From assembly GCA_035289325.1 (NCBI GenBank), contig DATDXM010000042.1, positions 1 to 43,890 of the forward strand: 43,890 nucleotides of DNA, given 5' to 3'. The notes beneath the pieces are model-generated. The model was not told the DNA's origin. It saw only the letters and a program-made list of their open reading frames with translations, and searched no databases. The translations under genes and the position numbers were made by a program. Below are positions 14,530 to 23,552 of this stretch, piece by piece; positions within the stretch are counted from its first letter, which is position 1; each line of letters opens with the position of its first letter. This DNA is from Candidatus Nanoarchaeia archaeon. GTDB taxonomy: Archaea > Nanobdellota > Nanobdellia > Woesearchaeales > JAGLXL01.

Positions 14530-14893
14530 TGAGACTTATTTCTTTGACAGTTATGCGATTGCTGAGGTTCTTAAGCAAAATGAAAGCTATAAAGTATACA
14601 GCACATGCATGATTTTTGTCACCAAACTTAATCTATTTGAGACTGCCTATGGGTTGCATAAAGAAGGTCGGGCTCAGGATGTTGAACAATTTTTGAATGA
14701 AGCATCAAAATTTGTTACCGATTTCAATTCAGATATCATCCAAAAAGCTGCTGAATTTAGGTTTATTCATAAAAAACAAAATCTCTCCATGACCGACTGC
14801 ATCGGCTATTGTCTTGCGCTGAAGTTGGGTATTAAGTTTCTCACCGGTGATAAAGAGTTCGAGCACCTGCCAAACGTGGAATTTGTGAAGTAA
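14522..14893 (+). CDS. vapC: PIN-domain toxin (VapC-like)
   Basis: Acidic residues sit in PIN positions (YFFDSYAI.., ..MTDCIGY.., ..LTGDKEF). Length is 123 aa. Confidence 0.7.
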   Translation: MIDETYFFDSYAIAEVLKQNESYKVYSTCMIFVTKLNLFETAYGLHKEGRAQDVEQFLNEASKFVTDFNSDIIQKAAEFRFIHKKQNLSMTDCIGYCLALKLGIKFLTGDKEFEHLPNVEFVK

Positions 14894-14960
14894 CACTAAA
14901 TGGGATTATTATCTACCACACAGTGATTAATATAATAAGATTTATATAGCCGCCGCTTAC

Positions 14961-16340
14961 GTGGCTTGCATGGTGGATGGTCATTTTATCGGTTTAGTTC
15001 GCGATGAATTTGGACGAGTACAGAAAGTACTGTCAGATTCTGTTTATTACAGAAGCGAGCGAGGCGGGAATTATGGAGGACGCGTACGAAATCCCGGTCA
15101 ATGGTGGAGGTCAGAGAGAGTTGCACGAGTTGCTCCATTATCTGTTTCTTTGGAACAGGTTATTGATCAAAAAGTTACAGATGATTATAGGCGATTGCCT
15201 GATCACCTTAGAGAGACATTGCAGCAAGGGCTTTTGCGAACATCTGTAGAAAGAAGCACTGATTATGCTGTACTAATGAGTGTTGTTTGTGCTGATGGAA
15301 AAGTGGATGGGGGACGAACCGGCGCACTGCTCTACAGAGGAGAGCCCGTTATCGTTAACATTGATGGAAAGGAATTTGTTGTTGAAATAAAAGGGGTTGG
15401 AAGTGCTGATGGTAATAATACGCGAACTGAACCAATAGTGAGGCGCGGCTATTTTGGTATATTCAAGGAGAAATTTGGAAGCCTTGACAAAGAAGAAGGT
15501 ATGAGAGAATTAGAATGCCTTGAAGTGCAGCGAGGCTCATCTTCATTTGCTCGTGGTGATACAGTGCGTGCTGTCAGTTTGCACATATATGATAATATAG
15601 GTGATAATTATAAGCAGGCGTATCACTTGAGGCTTGCGCCAAGCACTGTTCGTGTGTCGTTCACTGGCAACCCTGCATTTCCTGAGCATGATGCACAATG
15701 TTTAGCTGAGGACATTGGACAGCAGTACGCGGAACTTGCACAGTTGGGATTTCTTCATGGTTCATTGCATGCGGAGAATGTGCTTTTTACAGGCACGCGT
15801 TATGTGATGACAGATTTTGGTGATTGCAGCAGATTAGAAGAACTCCCTGACCTGTATGATTTTTTAAGTAATACATTGAGCAGAGATAGATTCAGAGAAA
15901 TGCCTGGATTCACAAATAGACATATTGATATATTGTATGCAACGATTGCGCGGGGTTTAGGAATCTCTTATGCTTCTGAGAGAGATCTTTGGTTTATTGA
16001 TGATATCTGGTCAGGATTTTTTGCGTCGAAAGTATATGAGCTGAGAAAAGGAACGCATGTACAGGAGCATGTTGACGAAAAGAAAGCAAGTGTTCTTGAT
16101 GAGATCGAGCATGGAGACCGTGCGTGGATCGATAATAAATTACGAGTATATCCTCTTGCTTTTTTATCAAGAGAAATTCGTGTGCTCGAGCATGTTGATG
16201 CGCCAGAAGCCATTGAAAGCCTACGAATTGCACGCGAAAGGGCAGCATATCTCATGAATGCTGATGTTATAAAAGAGTTCAAAGATAATCTCGGTGCGTG
16301 GGAACAGTTGTTTTTTCTCCCGTATATGCGTTCGCGATAG
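14961..16340 (+). CDS. SelO/YdiU-like pseudokinase-fold protein (putative nucleotidyltransferase)
   Basis: FVVEIKGVGSADGNNT resembles SelO ..LKGaG.TP. LRLAPSTVRVSF resembles SelO RvAPSfiRfGsF. GFLHGSLHAENVLFTGTRYVMTDFGD resembles SelO GFvHGVmNTDNm....tIDYG. The start is GTG per the track. Assignment is from memory of SelO motifs. Confidence 0.45.
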   Translation: MACMVDGHFIGLVRDEFGRVQKVLSDSVYYRSERGGNYGGRVRNPGQWWRSERVARVAPLSVSLEQVIDQKVTDDYRRLPDHLRETLQQGLLRTSVERSTDYAVLMSVVCADGKVDGGRTGALLYRGEPVIVNIDGKEFVVEIKGVGSADGNNTRTEPIVRRGYFGIFKEKFGSLDKEEGMRELECLEVQRGSSSFARGDTVRAVSLHIYDNIGDNYKQAYHLRLAPSTVRVSFTGNPAFPEHDAQCLAEDIGQQYAELAQLGFLHGSLHAENVLFTGTRYVMTDFGDCSRLEELPDLYDFLSNTLSRDRFREMPGFTNRHIDILYATIARGLGISYASERDLWFIDDIWSGFFASKVYELRKGTHVQEHVDEKKASVLDEIEHGDRAWIDNKLRVYPLAFLSREIRVLEHVDAPEAIESLRIARERAAYLMNADVIKEFKDNLGAWEQLFFLPYMRSR

Positions 16341-16349
16341 CACACCCAC

Positions 16350-16738
16350 GCGATATTGAAAATGTCAGAAACAAGGTTTCTGAGCACGATCAGAAATCTG
16401 TGGATTTCTGACGGTTCTCGCTTAGTAATAAGCTAGTCAGCATTGCTATGCTTGACACGTACCTCGGTGCTGTCGTTCGCTCGGTCAATTTTTTTATGTG
16501 CTTTATTCACAAACACCATCAGATTAAGCTGAAGAAAATCGATTCCAACGTGCTCAGAAACTTCGTTTCTGGCACCTCGCTCACTTTGTTCGGAGGAGTC
16601 AGAACATTACCAACGCTTCGCTCAGTAAAAAGCTAGTCAGCACTGTGGTGCTCGACACGTACCTTGACAGCACACGCAAAGTTACCTTTGCTAGTCGCGT
16701 TCGGCAACTGCCTCGCGACCAACACTTTTCAATATCGC
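16350..16738. mobile_element. MITE-like element M1 (389 bp)
   Basis: The TIR is GCGATATTGAAAA(T)GT ... AC(A)CTTTTCAATATCGC. The first 125 nt differ from M2 at 3 positions, and the last 68 nt are identical to M2. The segment 16429-16483 is duplicated internally at about 16618-16672. No flanking duplication was seen. Confidence 0.6.
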
Positions 16739-16928
16739 CTCGAGGTTAGAGAATTTTTATCCAGATTCAGGGATAACGAGGGGATAAGCAATGACGAGCT
16801 TCAGGAATCTTACGAAATTAATAAGAAAGACTGTGGACTGGTGCGAGCTATTGCCCGTAGCATTATCAACCGTAATGCTCGTTCAGTTCGATAGGTTTGT
16901 CAAGAACGAGTATTACATCAGTCATAAG

Positions 16929-17246
16929 TCACACCTCTATTTCTGTTTCATTTTTTTCAAAGCTCTGTTCAATAAGCGTCATTTCTAATTCGAGAATATG
17001 TTTTGTAATTTGATTTGATGCGTTGAGAGTGTAATGATTTGTCTTCCCTTCTTTTCGCGTGACTTTGACGATGCCCCTGTTTTCTAATTCGTTCCAATAA
17101 TTGAATAACGAGGCGCGCGAAATGCATGAGCCGTCTGCAATTTCTTCTTTTGTGAAGTCCAAGCCTTTGTTGTCGACAAGGAAATCCATGATCTTAAACA
17201 GAGGTGTTTCACCCACGAGTTGAATAAATAAGGATTTTTCAGTCAT
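16929..17246 (-). CDS. winged-helix DNA-binding protein
   Basis: FKIMDFLVDNKGLDFTKEEIADGSCISRASLFNYWNELENRGIVKVTRKEGKTNHYTL shows an HTH plus wing pattern. Confidence 0.6.
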   Translation of the reverse strand: MTEKSLFIQLVGETPLFKIMDFLVDNKGLDFTKEEIADGSCISRASLFNYWNELENRGIVKVTRKEGKTNHYTLNASNQITKHILELEMTLIEQSFEKNETEIEV

Positions 17247-17305
17247 GCACTAGCTGTTACTAAAAAACTATATAAAGCTTTGGGAAATAAGTCTACGAGG
17301 TTGGA

Positions 17306-17575
17306 TTGATGTGGACTGATAATGAGATAAAGGGGAAGATACTGCATAAGTTGTCTCGTTTCGGGAAGTTTGAGGCAAGCCATACTGCGATTGAGAATCT
17401 TCAGAAAGGTTTTCCGAAGGACATAGTTGGACGAGTTAAGGAGATGATTATTGGACTCAAAAAAGAGAATGTTCTTTTTGTCAAACACACGAGTTATGGT
17501 GAGCACGTTTCGATAAATTTGGATAAAAAAAAATTAATAATGAATTACATAACATTCTTCTTAAAGAATGAGTAA
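17306..17575 (+). CDS. hypothetical small protein
   Basis: 89-aa ORF overlapping the GINS gene start by 8 nt. No family recognised. Confidence 0.4.
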   Translation: MMWTDNEIKGKILHKLSRFGKFEASHTAIENLQKGFPKDIVGRVKEMIIGLKKENVLFVKHTSYGEHVSINLDKKKLIMNYITFFLKNE

Positions 17576-18251
17576 CCACACCCCAGAAATACATTTAAAC
17601 CCTCATTTTATTATAAAAGCCATGGGGGGAGAAATAGCAATCACATTCGAAACGCTGTATGACATTCTCATGCGGGAAAAGCAGCGTGATGAGCTGCTGC
17701 CATTAGATCCAAACTTCTATCAAGATGTTATTACGTATTTGCAGGAGAAAAAGAAAGTATGGGAACGAATAAGCAAGGATGATGATCTTTTCAGCCTGGG
17801 CGAGCGGGATAAAATCGAAGGCGAGATAAAAAACACAAGAAAAGTATTGAAAGACATTTACGAACGCAGGGAAAAGAAAATTATTGAGCTTGCGCTGAAC
17901 AGGAGCAGAATCGGGCAAGAACTTGAATTGCCAAACGTGCTCAGTGAAGAACGAAAGTTTTTTGATACACTGGCAACAACATTAGACCGGTATAGGCATG
18001 GCGTGCTGCTCAATCTGTTACAGATGAAAATGCCTGTAGTCCAGGAAGGCAAAGTTGTGGTTGAAATTGAGGCAAAAAAGCAAAAGCCAAAGGAAACCAT
18101 GCTTGTCCGCTTTATTCATGCAGTGCCAAAGTTTGTAGGAAGTGACTTAGCGATTTATGGTCCGTTCGATGAAGACGATGCTGCAAATGTGCCGAAAGAT
18201 GTTGGGGAGCTGTTGGTAAAGAAAGGGCGCGCGGAAGAGGTGAAAACGTAA
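17568..18251 (+). CDS. GINS complex subunit (Gins51-like)
   Basis: ITFETLYDILMREKQRDELLPLDPNFYQDVITYLQEKKK ... IYERREKKIIELAL match the archaeal GINS A-domain pattern. Confidence 0.55.
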   Translation: MSNHTPEIHLNPHFIIKAMGGEIAITFETLYDILMREKQRDELLPLDPNFYQDVITYLQEKKKVWERISKDDDLFSLGERDKIEGEIKNTRKVLKDIYERREKKIIELALNRSRIGQELELPNVLSEERKFFDTLATTLDRYRHGVLLNLLQMKMPVVQEGKVVVEIEAKKQKPKETMLVRFIHAVPKFVGSDLAIYGPFDEDDAANVPKDVGELLVKKGRAEEVKT

Positions 18252-18302
18252 CCGCATAAGAATAGGAAATGTTTATAAACCCGTCACATTCTCATCGCCT
18301 TC

Positions 18303-18629
18303 ATGAAATATCCCAAAGTTGTCCGGCGATTATGCCCATTCTGCAAGAAGCATACTGAACATAAAGTTACCAATGAAAAAAACAGAGGCTTAAATAAAGC
18401 ACATTCTCAGTCACGCGGCTCGGTTGTTCGTGCACGCGCACGCGGCAGGAGACGAGGCATCGGCAACTGGGGAAGATTTTCACGGCCGCCAATTTCAAAG
18501 TGGGTCATGACCGGTGTCAAGGTCAGCAAGAAAACTGATTTCCGCTATCAATGCAAAGAATGTAAAAAGTCGCACTCGCAGCGCAGAGGCGTGCGCACCA
18601 AGCGTGTGGAAATGGTGGAAGCAACATGA
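18303..18629 (+). CDS. rpl44e: 50S ribosomal protein L44e
   Basis: RRLCPFCKKHTEHKV ... YQCKECKKSH form the zinc ribbon, in a basic 108-aa protein. Confidence 0.9.
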   Translation: MKYPKVVRRLCPFCKKHTEHKVTNEKNRGLNKAHSQSRGSVVRARARGRRRGIGNWGRFSRPPISKWVMTGVKVSKKTDFRYQCKECKKSHSQRRGVRTKRVEMVEAT

Positions 18630-18805
18630 AGACTGGTCCAACAAGCAATTTCGTTAAAGTTCGCTGTGCAAAATGCAAGAATGAGCAGATTGTATTCGGC
18701 AGCGCAAGCAGCACAATCGTCTGTTTGGTTTGCAGCACAAAAATAGCAGAGCCGACGGGCGGAAAAGCGCAGTTTCATGCGCGCGTGTTGGAGGTTCTTG
18801 AGTAA
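18626..18805 (+). CDS. rps27e: 30S ribosomal protein S27e
   Basis: Not in the ORF track (59 aa). Translation is MKTGPTSNFVKVRCAKCKNEQIVFGSASSTIVCLVCSTKIAEPTGGKAQFHARVLEVLE, with a C4 zinc ribbon. It overlaps both neighbours via ATGA/TAATG. Confidence 0.9.
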   Translation: MKTGPTSNFVKVRCAKCKNEQIVFGSASSTIVCLVCSTKIAEPTGGKAQFHARVLEVLE

Positions 18806-19590
18806 TGCTGTACCGACGCGAAGGTTTTCCGGGAGAAGACGAGCTTGTTCTGTCCACGGTGACAAAAGTTCTCCCCCATGTTGTGTTTGTTAATCTCGAT
18901 GAATATGATAAAGGTGGGTTAATCCATATCAGTGAAATCGCTCCCGGTAGAATTAGAAACATTCGTGAATATGTTGAGCTGGGCAAAAAGGTTGTCTGCA
19001 AGGTATTGCGTGTCGACCAGCAGCAAGGGCATATCGACTTAAGCTTGCGCCGCGTCTCTGAAATTGAGCGGAAAGGAAAGCTCGAAGAAATCAAGCAAGA
19101 GCAGAAAGCAGAGAAAGTCATTGAGCTCATTGCAAAAGATTTGAAGAAAAAGACGCAGGAAATTTATGATGCCATCACTGCAAAAGTGTTTGAGCATTAT
19201 TCTTTTGTTCACAAATTTTTCAAGGATATTGCAACAAAAGGAATTAATACTGGGGAATTTATAGCGGATAAAGAACTTGCACAGATGATTCATACCGCTG
19301 TTGTTGAACGATTTAAGCCGCCGAAGGTCAATATCAAAGGGCAATTTACACTGCATTGTTTTGCACCGAATGGTGTCCAAGTCATCAAAGATGCACTCCT
19401 TAATGCGCAGAAGAAAATAAAAAAAGCAGTCGTGAGTCTTCATTATGTAGGCGGCGGCAAGTACAAGCTGACGATTGAAGCGGAAAGCTACAAGGATGCA
19501 GAGCAGACGCTGACACAGGTTTCAGAGCTTGTTACATCTGCCGTTAATTCTCATCAAGGCGATGCTGCGTTTGTACGTGAAGGCGAATGA
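18805..19590 (+). CDS. eif2a: translation initiation factor aIF2 alpha
   Basis: It has an S1 domain (GELVLSTVTKVLPHVVFVNLDEYDKGGLIHISEIAPGRIRNIREYV), then helical and alpha-beta domains. Length is 261 aa. Confidence 0.9.
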   Translation: MLYRREGFPGEDELVLSTVTKVLPHVVFVNLDEYDKGGLIHISEIAPGRIRNIREYVELGKKVVCKVLRVDQQQGHIDLSLRRVSEIERKGKLEEIKQEQKAEKVIELIAKDLKKKTQEIYDAITAKVFEHYSFVHKFFKDIATKGINTGEFIADKELAQMIHTAVVERFKPPKVNIKGQFTLHCFAPNGVQVIKDALLNAQKKIKKAVVSLHYVGGGKYKLTIEAESYKDAEQTLTQVSELVTSAVNSHQGDAAFVREGE

Positions 19591-19757
19591 AACTGCTCTA
19601 CTGTGAACAATGCGCAGCATATACGATGAAAGAAACGCATGACTGCGGGACTGTTGCTGTTTTACGCGTGCCGCCAAAGTGGAGCCCAGAAGACAAGTAT
19701 GGGAAGTATAGAAGGGAAGCGCGGATGGATGAGTTGAAGAAGAAAGGATTGGTGTGA
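19587..19757 (+). CDS. nop10: H/ACA RNP protein Nop10
   Basis: Not in the ORF track (56 aa). Translation is MKLLYCEQCAAYTMKETHDCGTVAVLRVPPKWSPEDKYGKYRREARMDELKKKGLV. Confidence 0.85.
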   Translation: MKLLYCEQCAAYTMKETHDCGTVAVLRVPPKWSPEDKYGKYRREARMDELKKKGLV

Positions 19758-19759
19758 TT

Positions 19760-20377
19760 TTAGTACGCAGAATTTAGCTGTTTTCGATTTGTGATGTAGA
19801 GGATAATACATGCAAAAAGATACCACCAGATGATTGAAAGTGCGAAAGAAGGCAGCTTCGAAAGTGGAGTTTGTGAATATTGTGGACCATAAGAGAGTAC
19901 GTGAATAAAATTTACATCATCTAGCCCAAGTATAGTGGAACCGTAATCGCTAACAGCTCTTAAAATATCTAAGAAAAAGAATTGATTAGAAAATAGATGA
20001 TAGATTTCTTCGATCGGAGTTACACGAAGAAAAGCTGATAATAGTGAAAGAATTACAAAAAATAAGAAAAATATTGATAATACCATTCCTTTACTTGTCG
20101 ACCATTTGAAGAAAAAATGAACTTTTGGATATTTTAAAGATAATATTTCATAGATTTTAAGAATTGAGCAAGAGAGGATATAAACAAAAAAAGTTGTAGT
20201 GATGATATCAATTATAATCGAAGTATATATAATCCATTGCTCTATCGGCGGTGTCGAATATCGAAAAACAAAATAATAAAATATTGCAGAAGCTTCAATC
20301 GCTTGTGAAAAGTAAAAGATAGAAAACAAAAGAATGCTCCAGATTAGAGTAAATCTGCTTAATCTGAAAAATGACAT
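19760..20377 (-). CDS. hypothetical polytopic membrane protein
   Basis: 205 aa, very AT-rich, about 6 hydrophobic segments. No family recognised. Confidence 0.45.
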   Translation of the reverse strand: MSFFRLSRFTLIWSILLFSIFYFSQAIEASAIFYYFVFRYSTPPIEQWIIYTSIIIDIITTTFFVYILSCSILKIYEILSLKYPKVHFFFKWSTSKGMVLSIFFLFFVILSLLSAFLRVTPIEEIYHLFSNQFFFLDILRAVSDYGSTILGLDDVNFIHVLSYGPQYSQTPLSKLPSFALSIIWWYLFACIILYITNRKQLNSAY

Positions 20378-20541
20378 GGTTTTAGTATATATTTGAACTA
20401 CTTAAACATTTCTAACTGTTATTTTGGTTCTGGTGGTAAGTGTTTCGAGGGGGCACGTTTTTGCTATTTTCATGGTTCGGGGCAGAAAATAGTAAATTTT
20501 ATATTTAAACGGGTTTATTAACCATCTATTATGGTATATAA

Positions 20542-20823
20542 GATGGAGGGAGTCCGGACATAGATTCAGAACTCCAGACTAGGCTACAGAAAATAGACGT
20601 TGCTCTAGAAGAAAGTGGCTGGAAAGTCAAAAGTAGGGCGATGGTTATTGAGGAGTTAGATACTAAGTAATGACTATAATCTGTCAATCTCTCGGCATAA
20701 AGAAGTGAAACATGAGGACATTGTGTATGAAGAGCCGGAGAAATTGATTGATGCTAATATTAAGAAGCATGAAGAACTGCTGGAAGAGCTTAAAGAATTA
20801 AAAAAGATGGTATATCAAAAATA
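20542..20823 (+). pseudogene. hsdM: 3' remnant of a type I R-M methyltransferase gene (hsdM) with a frameshift
   Basis: Frame 1 reads ..SELQTRLQKIDVALEESGWKVKSRAMVIEELDTK*. Frame 2 reads ILSNDYNLSISRHKEVKHEDIVYEEPEKLIDANIKKHEELLEELKELKKMVYQK*. NDYNLSISR(Y) is the characteristic HsdM C-terminal motif. The upstream roughly 400 codons are absent. Confidence 0.55.
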
Positions 20824-20858
20824 GGAGACAGTGTCTCCTAAATGTGGGGTTTTAAAAT

Positions 20859-21134
20859 ATGGATGAACACAAAGCATTAGTTGTTTTTCAGGATAAAAAA
20901 ATAAGACGGACTTGGCATTACAATGAATGGTATTTCTCCGTTGTTGATATAGTTGAAGCGTTAACTGATAGCCCAAGGCAGTATTGGGGTGTCTTAAAAG
21001 GCAGAGAAAACCAGTTGTTAACACTTTGTTTACAACTGAAATTACCCTCTGCTGATGGTAAGTATTATGATACTGATTGCGCCAATACCAAGAATATGTT
21101 TGTTTGCCATAAAGAAACGTCAGTCAGTGACTGA
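20859..21134 (+). CDS. Bro-N/DinD-like DNA-binding domain protein, probably C-terminally truncated
   Basis: ALVVFQDKKIRRTWHYNEWYFSVVDIVEALTDSPRQYWGVLKGRENQLLTLCLQLKLPSADGKYYDTDCAN matches the N-terminal part of this family as I remember it. The tail is non-homologous. Confidence 0.4.
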   Translation: MDEHKALVVFQDKKIRRTWHYNEWYFSVVDIVEALTDSPRQYWGVLKGRENQLLTLCLQLKLPSADGKYYDTDCANTKNMFVCHKETSVSD

Positions 21135-21137
21135 CAA

Positions 21138-22193
21138 ATGAGAAAAATGGTAAATATGGAGAAAAGCAAGAAAATGAATGACAAACAATCCCAGAAACTA
21201 ATAGAAAAATTTGAAAGCCACTTCATTGAAGTAATTGAGATTATCAAGAGTTCAAGAATTACTGCTATAAAATCAGTTAATACAGAATTAATTAATCTTT
21301 ACTGGAAAATAGGCGAATATATACATCTCAAAATTGCAAATGCCGAGTGGGGTGATGGTGTAGTAAAAGAACTTGCTTCATACATTCAGGATAAATACCC
21401 CGAGATGAAAGGTTATTCTGATAAAAACATTTGGCGAATGAAACAATTCTATGATACTTATAAAGATTCAAAACTCTCGGCAGTGCTGAGAGAATTAAGC
21501 TGGACAAATAATCTATTAATCCTTTCCAAGTCAAAAACTGATAAAGAAAGGGATTTTTATATCAAATTATCTATCAAAGAGAGGTATAGTTCTCGTGAGC
21601 TAGAGAGACAAATAGACTCTGGTTATTATGAAAGAAGCATGATTTCGAGCAAAAAACTCTCATCAGTGATGAGAGAAATAAAGCCAGATTTATTAAACAC
21701 ATTTAAAGATACCTACATTTTCGATTTTTTAGATTTACCAAAGAACCATACAGAAAAAAATTTAAGACAAGCCCTCGTTGGTAGTTTTAAAGATTTTGTA
21801 CTTGAATTTGGCAAGGATTTCACGTATGTTGGAGAGGAGTATAGAGTTTCAGTTGGAAATCATGATTATTTTATTGATTTATTATTTTACCATAGGGAAC
21901 TTCAATGCCTTTTTGCTTTTGAACTTAAAATTGATGATTTCAAACCAGAATATTTGGGAAAATTAAATTTTTATCTTGAAGCTTTAGATAGGGATGTAAA
22001 GAAAAAACATGAAAACCCATCTGTTGGAGTAATATTATGCAAAAGCAAAGATAAAGAAGTAGTTGAATATGCGTTAAGCAGGAGTGCATCTCCTGCATTA
22101 ATATCTGAATATAAAACTAAACTGATACCTAAGAAAATTCTGCAAAACAAGCTGCACGAGTTGTTTATGCAAGAAGAGAAAAGGCTTACATAA
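21138..22193 (+). CDS. PDDEXK nuclease, YhcG/DUF1016 family
   Basis: YFIDLLFYHRELQCLFAFELKIDDFKPEYLGKLNFYLEAL is the D..ELK nuclease core, and the N-terminal helical region is typical of YhcG. Confidence 0.7.
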   Translation: MRKMVNMEKSKKMNDKQSQKLIEKFESHFIEVIEIIKSSRITAIKSVNTELINLYWKIGEYIHLKIANAEWGDGVVKELASYIQDKYPEMKGYSDKNIWRMKQFYDTYKDSKLSAVLRELSWTNNLLILSKSKTDKERDFYIKLSIKERYSSRELERQIDSGYYERSMISSKKLSSVMREIKPDLLNTFKDTYIFDFLDLPKNHTEKNLRQALVGSFKDFVLEFGKDFTYVGEEYRVSVGNHDYFIDLLFYHRELQCLFAFELKIDDFKPEYLGKLNFYLEALDRDVKKKHENPSVGVILCKSKDKEVVEYALSRSASPALISEYKTKLIPKKILQNKLHELFMQEEKRLT

Positions 22194-22236
22194 AAAAAGA
22201 ATTGGCAATGGGAAAGAGAAGAGGCTGTTGTGAGGA

Positions 22237-22770
22237 ATGATTACAAAACAATTTAAGCTAAGCATTGAACTGGTTCCCTCAACTATTTGGTACGCTAATA
22301 TTTACAAATATTATAGGAAATTAAACCAAATGGAGAAGTGGCATGAGCTAAAGCAGCATCTCTTTGAAACAGAAGGGAATAACTGCTGGATTTGCAATAA
22401 AAATGAGAGGAATTTGGAAGTGCATGAATTCTGGGAGTACGATGATTATAACCATATTCAAAAATTAAAAGCCATCCATCATATTTGCGATTTATGCCAC
22501 AAAATTAAGCATATTGGTTTGTGGTGCCATACTTCAGAGGGTCAAGTAAAGCTGAAAAAGCATGGGCTGACACGAGAAGCTCTGATAAACCATTTCTGTA
22601 ACGTGAACGGTTGTACTTCTGATGATTTTTTGAAGCATGAAGAGATTGCTTTTAAAAAATATTCACGAAGAAGCAAATTTCAATGGAAACAGGATTTAGG
22701 CATGTATGATCCCAAGTATGGATTAAAAGTCTTGAAAAGTCAGCAAAAATTACAGGCAATTGAAATATGA
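22237..22770 (+). CDS. uncharacterised Cys/His zinc-finger protein (HNH-like spacing)
   Basis: CWICNKNERNLEVHEFWEYDD...HHICDLCHKIKHIG shows the pattern CxxC..HE..CxxCH..H. The N-terminus reads ELVPSTIWYANIY. It is the first gene of an overlapping four-gene string. Confidence 0.5.
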   Translation: MITKQFKLSIELVPSTIWYANIYKYYRKLNQMEKWHELKQHLFETEGNNCWICNKNERNLEVHEFWEYDDYNHIQKLKAIHHICDLCHKIKHIGLWCHTSEGQVKLKKHGLTREALINHFCNVNGCTSDDFLKHEEIAFKKYSRRSKFQWKQDLGMYDPKYGLKVLKSQQKLQAIEI

Positions 22771-23105
22771 TTGATACTACACTCATAGACAAGCTTACAG
22801 AGATGGCTAACAAAGAAAAGAAGATTAAAGAGTTTAAGAAACGCCTGCGATTGAAAGGCAAGGTTGCTGCTAAAGGAACAACGAAGAAAGGAAATATTAC
22901 GCTTACTATAAGGAAAGGCAAAGATGATTTTAGGTTTACAGTATTGAAATCGCATAAAGAAAGCTTTGCATTAGCGGAGAGACTTAGTATTGGGAAGAGT
23001 GTTTCTGCTCACGGTATTCCAAAGTTCAGGATGATAATCTGCACAAAGTTGAAGGAATTGGAGAAAGGAATTGATGAAAGCAAGCAGAGAAGGTTAGAGG
23101 TTTGA
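22767..23105 (+). CDS. hypothetical basic protein
   Basis: 112 aa, Lys-rich, with 4-nt ATGA overlaps to both neighbours. Confidence 0.45.
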   Translation: MIDTTLIDKLTEMANKEKKIKEFKKRLRLKGKVAAKGTTKKGNITLTIRKGKDDFRFTVLKSHKESFALAERLSIGKSVSAHGIPKFRMIICTKLKELEKGIDESKQRRLEV

Positions 23106-23527
23106 AAATGAGTAAGATAACGCAAAATGAAAAATATTATTTTTTCCTAAATCCCTATATTGATAGCTCTTTCACACGATGCCCGAAGTGTGACAACAAG
23201 ACTAAAGTAAAAAAATTACCTCTTGCCATACTGCTGGAAAAAAAGAAAATAATATTTATGCTGAACAAAACCTGTAAATTCTGCCCCTACTGCGAGCTGA
23301 TCATAGCAAAAAAACGTGAATTAGAATTAATCATCCTGCAATTTTTAGGCGTAGAGCATATAACTGAAAAAGACTTCACGGTTATGGGGACACAAGACAA
23401 AGCAGTTTACCGTGAGGGTGTTGGTAAGGGGCTGATTAAAAAGAATCCATTAGAAGGCGTTTCCATATTTAAGAATGTGTGGCATTTTGAGGTTCAGCAT
23501 GCTTACTGGGGCGTTGATAAAAAATGA
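23102..23527 (+). CDS. hypothetical zinc-ribbon protein
   Basis: 141 aa with CPKCDNKT ... CKFCPYCE (two CxxC pairs). Confidence 0.45.
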   Translation: MKMSKITQNEKYYFFLNPYIDSSFTRCPKCDNKTKVKKLPLAILLEKKKIIFMLNKTCKFCPYCELIIAKKRELELIILQFLGVEHITEKDFTVMGTQDKAVYREGVGKGLIKKNPLEGVSIFKNVWHFEVQHAYWGVDKK

Positions 23528-23552
23528 AAGCGAAGTACTGGGGGCGATTAGA

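Noticed and set aside
16375-16400. Hammerhead-ribozyme-like string CUGAGCA...GAAA in the M1/M2 left end (and TTCTGAGCA in E2)
   Set aside because: The core would read CUGAGCA instead of CUGANGA, so the essential G8 is replaced by C. No matching three-stem junction with an NUH cleavage site could be drawn.
16448-16894. ORFs 16448..16636 and 16664..16894, and the N-terminal extension of 36254..36586 (shared peptide LVAFGNCLATNTFQYR)
   Set aside because: The shared peptide comes from the identical right end of the M1/M2 repeat. The ORFs start inside the repeat and have no conserved continuation. hicB has its own TATA and ATG at 36350.
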